A stretch of 64,000 bases of DNA from a bacterium. GTDB lineage: Bacteria > JADJOY01. Made by a program: the position numbers and the translations under genes. Where the stretch lies: the NCBI GenBank assembly GCA_046331705.1, contig JAXLQJ010000006.1, positions 124,001 through 188,000 of the forward strand. The letters run 5' to 3'. Every line of letters begins with the position of its first letter. Position 1 is the stretch's first letter. The notes beneath the pieces are model-generated. The model was not told where the DNA came from and ran no database searches. It saw only the letters and a list, made by a program, of their open reading frames with translations. Shown in pieces: positions 1-7,552 of this stretch.

Positions 1-759
1 GCTCAGGCTCGTGCCGAGGTCCATCCACGGGTCGCCGATGGTGGCCATCTCCCAGTCGAGGACGGCGACGATGCGCGTGACGTCGGCGGGGTCGAGGACG
101 ACGTTGTCGTACTTGTAGTCGTTGTGGATCAGCGCCGCGCCGGATTCGGGCGGCATGCGCTCGGCGAGCCACGCGGCCGCGCGCTCGATCTCCGGGATGT
201 CGTCGGTCCGGGAGTTGGCGTAGCGCTCGGTCCAGCCCTTCACTTGCCGTCCGACGTAGCCCGCCGGCTTGCCGAGGCTGGCGAGACCGGTGGCGTCCAG
301 GCTCACGCCGTGAATGGCGGCGAGGTTGTCGACCAGCGCCTCGGACATTCGCCGTGCCTGGTCCGGCGCGATGGCGAGATCGCCGGCGGTGCGATTGCGC
401 AGGATCACGCCGCGCACCCGCTCCATCACGTAGAAGGGCGCCCCCATCACCGCGCGGTCCTCGCAGTAGAGCAGCGGGCGCGGCACCTTCGGATACTCGC
501 GGATCAGGCCCGAGAGGATGCGGTACTCGCGGCCCATGTCGTGAGCCGTCTTGATCTCCGGGCCGAAGGGCGGACGCCTGAGCACCAGCTCACGCTCGCC
601 GATGCGCAGCGCGTAGGTCAGGTTCGAGTGGCCGCCGGGAAATTGCTCGATGGTGAGCGCGCCGCCGAGCTCGGGCAGCGCCGTGCGCAGGTATGCCTCG
701 AGCTTGGCGGCGTCGAGCTCCTCGCCTTTGCGGACGGGCCTCGTTCCGTCGACGTTCAT
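1..759 (-). CDS. APH-family phosphotransferase (acyl-CoA kinase, LvaA/ACAD10-11 kinase-like), 3' end cut by window edge
   Basis: Not in ORF track (runs off edge). Manual translation from ATG 759: MNVDGTRPVRKGEELD...QFPGGHSNLTY...VLRRPP...AHDMGREY...APFYVMERVRG...IHNDYKYDNVV...VLDWEMATIGDP. ATGA overlap with the ACAD stop. Confidence 0.9.
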   Translation of the reverse strand, partial: MNVDGTRPVRKGEELDAAKLEAYLRTALPELGGALTIEQFPGGHSNLTYALRIGERELVLRRPPFGPEIKTAHDMGREYRILSGLIREYPKVPRPLLYCEDRAVMGAPFYVMERVRGVILRNRTAGDLAIAPDQARRMSEALVDNLAAIHGVSLDATGLASLGKPAGYVGRQVKGWTERYANSRTDDIPEIERAAAWLAERMPPESGAALIHNDYKYDNVVLDPADVTRIVAVLDWEMATIGDPWMDLGTSLS

Positions 760-1958
760 CGCACGTCCAGCCCGTGGGCACGTAGCGCACGCCGCGCCAC
801 GACGGTCTTGTGGACCTCGTCGGGGCCATCGTAGATGCGGGCGCCACGCTCGTGGCGGTACCAGTAGGCGAGCGGCGTCAGGTCGGTGATGCCCATGGCC
901 CCGTGGACCTGGATGGCGCGATCGAGCACCCGTTGCAGCACGTTGGCGACGTAGTACTTGATGATCGAGATCGCCTCGCGCGCCTCGACGAGCCCGTGCT
1001 TCTCGATGCGCTCTGCTGCATCCAGCACCATGAGTCGCGAGGCGTGGATCTCGGCGCGGCTGTCGGCGATCCATTCCTGCACGATCTGGCGGGTGCCGAG
1101 CGCCTTGCCGGGCGAGAGCTCGCGTCGCGCCGCGCGCTCGCACATGAGCGAGAACGCGCGCTCGCAGATCCCGATCCAGCGCATGCAGTGATGGATGCGG
1201 CCCGGGCCGAGGCGGTGCTGCGCGATCGCGAAGCCCGCGCCCTCGGCGCCCAGCAGGTTCCCGTAGGGCACGCGGCACTCCGCGAGCTCGACCTCGCCGT
1301 GGCTCGTGAACTCGGCGCCCGGCTCGCCCATCACGGGCAGATTGCGGATCAGCCGGAAACCTGGCGTCGTCGTGGGTACGATGATCTGGCTGGCGCGCGC
1401 GTGGGGGCTCTCGGCCTCGGGCGCGGTGACGGCCATGCAGATCGCGAACGCGGCGCCGTCGGCGGCGGTGGTGAACCATTTGCGGCCGCTCAAGACCCAC
1501 GAATCGCCGTCGCGGCGCGCGCGCGTCTGCAGCCACGTGGGGTTGGATCCCGGGGAGTCGGGCTCGGTCATCGCGAAGCAGCTGCGGATCTCGCCGCGCG
1601 CCAGCGGCTCGAGCCAGCGCTTCTTCTGCGCCTCGTTCCCGAAGGCGAGGAGCACTTCCATGTTGGCGATGTCGGGCGCCTGGGTGTTGAAGAAGTAGTG
1701 GCCGAGCGGGCTCGTTCCCAGGATCTCGCTCACGTGCGCGAAGTCGGTGAGCGAGAGCTCGAGCCCACCCATGGCCTTCGGCATGTGGGGCGAGAAGAGC
1801 CCCAGCGACTTCACCTTCTTGCGCTTGAGCTCGAGGGTGGGCTTGAGCTCGGCGAAGGGCTTGGCCAGCGCCTCGGCCTCGAACGGATAGACCTCGTCGC
1901 GCATGAAGGCGCGGATGCGATCGAGCACGGGGACGAGGGCGGCGCTGGGTTCGTGCAT
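756..1958 (-). CDS. Acyl-CoA dehydrogenase (ACAD10/11, LvaC-like subgroup)
   Basis: Motifs FNTQAPDIANME, IRSCFAMTEP, GRKWFTT, AQHRLGPGRIHHCMR, DRAIQVHGAMG, RIYDGPDEVH; GGAGG-like context. Confidence 0.93.
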   Translation of the reverse strand: MHEPSAALVPVLDRIRAFMRDEVYPFEAEALAKPFAELKPTLELKRKKVKSLGLFSPHMPKAMGGLELSLTDFAHVSEILGTSPLGHYFFNTQAPDIANMEVLLAFGNEAQKKRWLEPLARGEIRSCFAMTEPDSPGSNPTWLQTRARRDGDSWVLSGRKWFTTAADGAAFAICMAVTAPEAESPHARASQIIVPTTTPGFRLIRNLPVMGEPGAEFTSHGEVELAECRVPYGNLLGAEGAGFAIAQHRLGPGRIHHCMRWIGICERAFSLMCERAARRELSPGKALGTRQIVQEWIADSRAEIHASRLMVLDAAERIEKHGLVEAREAISIIKYYVANVLQRVLDRAIQVHGAMGITDLTPLAYWYRHERGARIYDGPDEVHKTVVARRALRAHGLDVR

Positions 1959-2019
1959 GGAGGACCTCGGGTCAGCGGGAGCGAGGGAGCGTGGAGGGTG
2001 CGGCGAGTGGCGCTCGCAT

Positions 2020-2745
2020 TCAGCGCACCGTGATGGTCGCCGGATCGAGGAGGTGGGGTGTCGCGTTGAACGCGGCGAGCGATACGCGCTCGCCGGAGAA
2101 CGCGAGCTCGGTGACCGAGGTGTTGCGCACCAGCCACGAGAGCTCGATCACCCGCTCGTCGTCGACGCCGAGCGCCTGTCCCGTGGCGACGGCGACCGCG
2201 CCGCCCGAGGTGAACGCCGCCACCGTCGCGCCGCGACCCACACCCGCGGTCATGTGACGGATTCCCCCGGCCACCCGGGCGCGGAAGCCATGCCAGCTCT
2301 CGACACCGTCGAGCACGGCGTCCAGCTCGCCGCGCACCCACATACGGCTGACGGTGGTGAAGAGCTTCAAGAACTCGCGCGACGCGGTGTTGCGGGTCTC
2401 GGCGAAGACGGCCGCTGCGTCGAGCAGCTTGGGGTCGCGATCCAGCGCGAGCGCCGCGCCGCGGCTCAAGAGCGAGCCGGCGGGGTATTCGTCGAGCGCC
2501 GCGAGCGACTCGGGCTCGGGCCACGCGAGCCCGCGATCCGCGAACACCTGGCGCACTTCCTCGTGGGTCTCGCGGTGGCGGCGACGCGGCCCCACGAACA
2601 CCCGTGCGGGACGGATCCCCTCGGCAGCCCACCGCTCGCCGAGGAGACGGGCCTGCGCCGCGCCCAGCGGCGACAGCACGTCGCCGTCGCGGTCGTAGTC
2701 GAGCGAGTTCGCCTGGCCGTGGCGGACGATGAGCAGCGCACCCAT
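2020..2745 (-). CDS. Histidine phosphatase (phosphoglycerate mutase-like) family protein
   Basis: Start trimmed to MGALLIVRHGQ (RHG motif); LSPLGAAQA, FTSGGAV, FNATPHL. Confidence 0.88.
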   Translation of the reverse strand: MGALLIVRHGQANSLDYDRDGDVLSPLGAAQARLLGERWAAEGIRPARVFVGPRRRHRETHEEVRQVFADRGLAWPEPESLAALDEYPAGSLLSRGAALALDRDPKLLDAAAVFAETRNTASREFLKLFTTVSRMWVRGELDAVLDGVESWHGFRARVAGGIRHMTAGVGRGATVAAFTSGGAVAVATGQALGVDDERVIELSWLVRNTSVTELAFSGERVSLAAFNATPHLLDPATITVR

Positions 2746-2780
2746 GAGCGTGTGCCGCGACGAGCGCGGGCGCGGCAACT

Positions 2781-3512
2781 CTAGCGCTGGCAGGTCGGCG
2801 CGGGGAGGCCGAAGGGGCCGACCTGCTCCACCCAGTAGCTCTCGGGCTGGCTGTGGTCGCCCGCGAAGGGATCGATCAGCGCGTCGTCGGCTCCGTGCAC
2901 CTCGAAGTGGACGTGTGGCGTGGAGGAGCGTCCCGAGCTGCCCACGATGCCGAGCTTCTCGCCGCACCGGACGTGCTGCCCCACCGTCACCACGATCGAA
3001 TCCTTCTTCATGTGCAGGTACTGGCTTTGGATGCCGTCGCGGTGGCGGATGTAGACCTTGTTGGGGACGATCGGGTTGCCGTCGCAGGAGATGCCGCCCG
3101 AGTCGAGCGCCGCGAGGCTGATGTGGCAGTGGTCGTAGTGGCCGTCGTCGACCACCTCGACCACGCCGTCGGCGGCCGCCAGCACGTCCGTGGAGCCGGC
3201 GTCCATCGCGGCGAAGCCGCCCACCAGCAGGAAATCGCTGCCGTCGTGGTCGCCGTAGCATTGCGGAAAGCCGCGACCCTCGAAATTGGTGCAAAAGATC
3301 TGCGAGAGCAGCCCGTCCGCGGGCTTGCCGTCGTCGTCGACGTGGAAGACCACGTCTCGCACGAAGCGCGTGCCGTCGGGGTCGAGCCCGGGAAAGCGGA
3401 AACGAGTCGGCCCGGTGGGTGCGCCGTCACCCGAGCCGCAGCCGAGCGCCGCTCCCGAGAGCGCGCAGGCGATCGCGACGGCGAGCGCCTGCAGAGAAGG
3501 ACGCCTGCGCAT
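2781..3512 (-). CDS. M23 family metallopeptidase, predicted lipoprotein
   Basis: Lipobox AALGC; Zn motifs HDGSD (HxxxD), YLHM, GSSGRSSTPHVHFE (HxH). Start could be 3512 or GTG 3530. Confidence 0.85.
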   Translation of the reverse strand: MRRRPSLQALAVAIACALSGAALGCGSGDGAPTGPTRFRFPGLDPDGTRFVRDVVFHVDDDGKPADGLLSQIFCTNFEGRGFPQCYGDHDGSDFLLVGGFAAMDAGSTDVLAAADGVVEVVDDGHYDHCHISLAALDSGGISCDGNPIVPNKVYIRHRDGIQSQYLHMKKDSIVVTVGQHVRCGEKLGIVGSSGRSSTPHVHFEVHGADDALIDPFAGDHSQPESYWVEQVGPFGLPAPTCQR

Positions 3513-3562
3513 CGATCCGGCTCCATTCACCTGCCGCTCGCGGGGCGAGCGAGGCCGATCAC

Positions 3563-5068
3563 TCAGAACCCGGGCACCTGGTGCGACCAGCCCGCGACGT
3601 CGCCCGTCTCGAAACCGTTCTTGAACACGAATCCCGGGCCGCATTCCGTGCAGGAAGGTTGAATCCCCGCCACGAGCGCCTCCAGATCCGCTGGCGCCGT
3701 CTCCGGCGCGAAGTCCACGGTCAAGGTGTGCTCGGCGTTCACCAGCCCACCTCGATTGGCGATGGCCTGAATCGCCGTGCTCACCAGGAAGGAATCGCCG
3801 GGGTCGACCGTGAGCGCCGTTTCCTCGAAGCAGACCTTGCTCGCGTCGAGGGTCACCGATTGAGCCGGCGCGGTGTCGGTCATGAAGTAATCCGCCGCCA
3901 GGATCGCGTTGGCGGGCAGGCCGTAGAGCGCTTCGTCGCCGCAGCTCAAGAAGGCGAGCCCGATGGCGCTCAGGTCCTGCGCCGTCACCAGGCTGCCGTC
4001 GAGCACCGCCAGCGATGCCAGCAGGAAGCCGCCCCCGGCCCACTCGGAATCCTGGCCCACGCTCGGCGGCGAGTAGCTGAAGTCGAGGGTCGCCTGGATC
4101 GGCAACGGGACGGTCTGGGGACCGGTGAACGTGTAGCGCTGATAAGCCTGCTGGGTCGACGCGTTGCGGCTCGACGCGCTCGGCAGCGCGCTCGCCCGCA
4201 GGATGGGGAGCGCCGCCGTGCCGTTGAACGTCGTGCTCCCGTAGACGGTGCCGAGGCCGATGGCGCCGCGGCGCGACGAGATCTCGGCGCCGAGCCCGCC
4301 TTCGGCATGGGACAGCACCAGGTTCGTGTTGCCGTCCACGACGCACGATTCCTGGCTCGGAACGCCGGCGCAGTTGCGGATGCTCTGGAAGAGGATCGCG
4401 CCGAATCCGGGGTCGGGCACGATCTCGAAGTTGTACGTCACCGCGTCTTGGCCCGCGAACCCGAGCGTCAGGTTGTCCACGAAGCCGCGCCACTCGTCAC
4501 CCGAGCCGTAGTGCGTGCGGATGTGGGCCTCCACGATGGGCGCGTCGTCGGGGATGTCGTCGAGCGACGCCGGCGGAGGATCGCCCTCGGCTTGCGAGAT
4601 GAGCAGATGTCCCAGCAGCGCGGCGTGCTGCCACGCGTCCGTGGGTTGGTCGTCCTCGCAGGTGATGCCGTCGGTGCAGCCGTCCCAGTCGAGCCAGAAG
4701 CTGCGCGGGTCTCCGTACGGGTAGACACGTAGCGCCAGGCTGGGCGCCCGCACCGGCGATCCGGTACCCGACTGGATGCGCCAGTCGAGCTCCAGATCCT
4801 GCAGGTCGCCCCAGGTGCCCGCCAGCTGCGTGAGGTCCCCGATCATCGTGGCGCCGCCTTCCGCGGTCTCGGAGAGCTCGAGCGATGCGAGTCCGGCACG
4901 CGGCTCGGTCGTCGTGATGTCGGCGGTGCCAGGCGAGCCCTCGCCCACGTAGACGAACCAGTTCGGATCGCCCGGCAGCACCGTGATCTCGCCCGCGCGC
5001 GCGACTCCGACGGCGCAGCCGAGTAGCCATGTTGCGCCGCCGAGTAGCGGTTTCCACTTGCCGTTCAT
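3563..5068 (-). CDS. Secreted hypothetical protein with C-terminal FKNGFETGDxxGW tail
   Basis: Signal peptide ending ARA, acidic beta-rich body, natural codon usage; alternative start 5086. Confidence 0.7.
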   Translation of the reverse strand: MNGKWKPLLGGATWLLGCAVGVARAGEITVLPGDPNWFVYVGEGSPGTADITTTEPRAGLASLELSETAEGGATMIGDLTQLAGTWGDLQDLELDWRIQSGTGSPVRAPSLALRVYPYGDPRSFWLDWDGCTDGITCEDDQPTDAWQHAALLGHLLISQAEGDPPPASLDDIPDDAPIVEAHIRTHYGSGDEWRGFVDNLTLGFAGQDAVTYNFEIVPDPGFGAILFQSIRNCAGVPSQESCVVDGNTNLVLSHAEGGLGAEISSRRGAIGLGTVYGSTTFNGTAALPILRASALPSASSRNASTQQAYQRYTFTGPQTVPLPIQATLDFSYSPPSVGQDSEWAGGGFLLASLAVLDGSLVTAQDLSAIGLAFLSCGDEALYGLPANAILAADYFMTDTAPAQSVTLDASKVCFEETALTVDPGDSFLVSTAIQAIANRGGLVNAEHTLTVDFAPETAPADLEALVAGIQPSCTECGPGFVFKNGFETGDVAGWSHQVPGF

Positions 5069-5207
5069 GCCGACCCCCGCGCCCATCGTTGGGCGTGACC
5101 GAGCTTCGGCCGAACATTACCACCCTCGCCGCGAGCGGTGGCACCCGGTGCGCCGCCGCGCCGGCGCGCACCCTGACCTCGACGCCCACCCGGAGCGCGC
5201 GGGCGAC

Positions 5208-6155
5208 TCACCAGGCGGGCACGTTGCCGAACGCGTTCCACGCGGCGAGCGCCGGCTTGGCCGCGCCGGTGTTGCGCATCAGGCCGCAGCTGGCGAAGAC
5301 CTGCTTGAAGCTCGTGATCGGGTCGGTCTCGTGCCAGTCGCTGGTGTCGCTGAGCGCGAACCAATGGACGAAGCGCGTGTCGAGCCCGCGGATGAGCGTG
5401 TTCCAGAACGCTTGGATGAAGAGCACCTGGTCGCTCTCGGAGCCGTGGATGTTGGGGTAGCCCGGATGGCTCACGCGCGACGGCCACGCGACCTCGGTGA
5501 ATGCGACGGGCTTCGTCGTCCAGCGCGAGATCGGCGCGTAGTAGCTCGCCGGGATGAGCACCGGGGTCCAGTAGCTCATGAACGGGTAGGTGGTGAACCC
5601 CAGCAGATCGAGCTCGGGTAGGGACGCCACCAGTCCCGCGGGATCGGGCAGCGTGAGCATGTGCTCGTAGTGAAAGGTGGTGAAAACCTGGGTGGCGGTG
5701 CCGAGCGAGTGGACGAACGCGGCGAGCTCGTTGATGAACGGCACCAGCTCGTTAACGCGCGAGCTGCGATCGATCTCGTTGCCGAGCGCCACGTAGCCGA
5801 TGTGGTGCTCCACGGCGAGCGCGGTGAGCAGCGAGCGCAGCGCCGCCTGCTTGCCCGGATCGTCGAGCGCGCTGGTGATGCCGAGCACCACCACCGGCCT
5901 GAGCCCCTGGTCTTCGGTGATCTGGATCCACTGCGGCACGTTACCCGCGCCGCTCGCGTCCCACTCGGTGTAGACACCCTGGCTGCCGCCGGCGTCGGTC
6001 GAACCGGTCCAGAAAGTCGACCAATCGTCGTTGCTCGGCTGAGGCGCGTGCGGCGGGCTGATGGCCGCGATCCCCGCGACCACGATCTCCTCGCAGCCGC
6101 TCGCTGCACCCACGAGCGCCGTCAACAGGATCAGGGAAAACGCGCGGGTACGCAT
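5208..6155 (-). CDS. Putative clan GH-A glycoside hydrolase lipoprotein (paralog A)
   Basis: Lipobox ASGC; LGNEID (acid/base Glu) and AFTEVAWPS (nucleophile Glu); TIM-barrel-like length. Confidence 0.7.
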   Translation of the reverse strand: MRTRAFSLILLTALVGAASGCEEIVVAGIAAISPPHAPQPSNDDWSTFWTGSTDAGGSQGVYTEWDASGAGNVPQWIQITEDQGLRPVVVLGITSALDDPGKQAALRSLLTALAVEHHIGYVALGNEIDRSSRVNELVPFINELAAFVHSLGTATQVFTTFHYEHMLTLPDPAGLVASLPELDLLGFTTYPFMSYWTPVLIPASYYAPISRWTTKPVAFTEVAWPSRVSHPGYPNIHGSESDQVLFIQAFWNTLIRGLDTRFVHWFALSDTSDWHETDPITSFKQVFASCGLMRNTGAAKPALAAWNAFGNVPAW

Positions 6156-6357
6156 GACGCTGTTTGCTCGGCGTCCGCGCCGGGCGGCGCGCTGCCGGAT
6201 TGCAGCGTCTCGTCAGCAACCCGCGTGCCGTGGTCGGGAAACGTCGACGAAAGCGAAAGAGTTGCGCTTTTCGTCTCGATTTTCGTGGCGCGCGTCGGCC
6301 GCGCGAGAAAATTGACGCGCGCGCGTCGCGGCAGCTGCGCTCGCCCTCGGCCGGCGC

Positions 6358-7320
6358 TCACGCCGGAGGCGTCGTGCCTTGACCGGTCCACACCGCCAGC
6401 GCGGGCTTCGCGTCCGTGCCGTTGCGCATCAGGCCGCAGCTCGCGAACACCTGCTTGAAGTCGGCGAGCGGGTCGCTCTCGTACCAGTTGCTGGTGTCGT
6501 GGAGCGCGTACCAGTTGGCGAACAGCACCGGCAGACCCGCGGTGAGCTCGGCACGGAAGCGTTGGATGAACGTCACCTGGTCCGACTCCGAGCCACGGAT
6601 CGTCGGGTAGCCGGGGTGGTTCATGCGCGACGGCCACGCGATCTCCGTGAAGGCGATCGCCTTGGTGGTCCAGTCCATGAGCCGAGCGTAGTAGTCCGCG
6701 GGGATGTCGACGGGGCTCGTGTAGCGCAGGAACGGGTAGCTCGAGAACGCGACCAGATCCACGTTGGGCACGGCCGCCACGAGCCCCACGGGGTCGAGGA
6801 AGTCGAGCATGTGCTCGTAGTGGAAGACCGTGAACACCTGGGTGGACGTGCCGAGGGAATGCACGAAGGTTGCGAGGCCGTCGATGAAGGCGGCGAGCTC
6901 CCACGCCCGCGAGTTGCGATCGATCTCGTTGCCGAGGCCGAGGTACTCGATGTCGTACTCCGTGACGAGCGTCGTGAGCATCGAGCGAAGCTGGTCTTGC
7001 TTGAGTGGATCGTCGAGCGCGCTGGTCACGCCCAGCACCACGACCGGCCGCAGCCCCGCCGCCAGCGTGGTGAGGATGGTCGCCGGGATGTTGCCGGCGC
7101 CGCTGGTGTCCCAGTTGAGGTGGACGCCCTGGTAGCCGCCCAGGTCGCGCGTCTCTTCCCAGTAGCTCGACCAATCGTCGGCGTCGGACTGGGGTGAGTT
7201 CGCGGGGCTGATGGCGGAGATGCCTGCTGGGGTCAGCTCTTCGCAAGCGATCGAGCACAAGCAGAGTGCGACCATGACGATGATGGCTCCGGTTCGCTGG
7301 GGATGACGACGCGCGAACAT
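6358..7320 (-). CDS. Putative clan GH-A glycoside hydrolase lipoprotein (paralog B)
   Basis: Lipobox SIAC; LGNEID, AFTEIAWPS; colinear with 5208..6155. Confidence 0.7.
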   Translation of the reverse strand: MFARRHPQRTGAIIVMVALCLCSIACEELTPAGISAISPANSPQSDADDWSSYWEETRDLGGYQGVHLNWDTSGAGNIPATILTTLAAGLRPVVVLGVTSALDDPLKQDQLRSMLTTLVTEYDIEYLGLGNEIDRNSRAWELAAFIDGLATFVHSLGTSTQVFTVFHYEHMLDFLDPVGLVAAVPNVDLVAFSSYPFLRYTSPVDIPADYYARLMDWTTKAIAFTEIAWPSRMNHPGYPTIRGSESDQVTFIQRFRAELTAGLPVLFANWYALHDTSNWYESDPLADFKQVFASCGLMRNGTDAKPALAVWTGQGTTPPA

Positions 7321-7552
7321 GGCGTGCGACCTCGTGGCTCGGCGGCACTCATCGCGGGCACCGCACGCACGCGTTCGAGAGCAACCCGCTGGCCACTCGG
7401 GTGCTCAGCCGATGTCGGCGAATTGATTGGAGATCGCGCGGAAACGACGCGCCGAAGCGAGGCCGCATCGGGCGGCTCGCCCGGCGCTGGCGGGAGGTCC
7501 ACCGGCGATTCGCCCGCCGGGCGGCGAGCAGCTCAGCCGGGAAGGAGGGGGC

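Noticed and set aside
2781..4493. 570-aa version of the M23 ORF and similar long N-terminal extensions (2020..3294, 9777..11069, 51697..53721, 53797..55290, 58977..60596)
   Set aside because: The extensions overlap neighbouring real genes; starts were trimmed to signal peptides, RBSs or domain boundaries.
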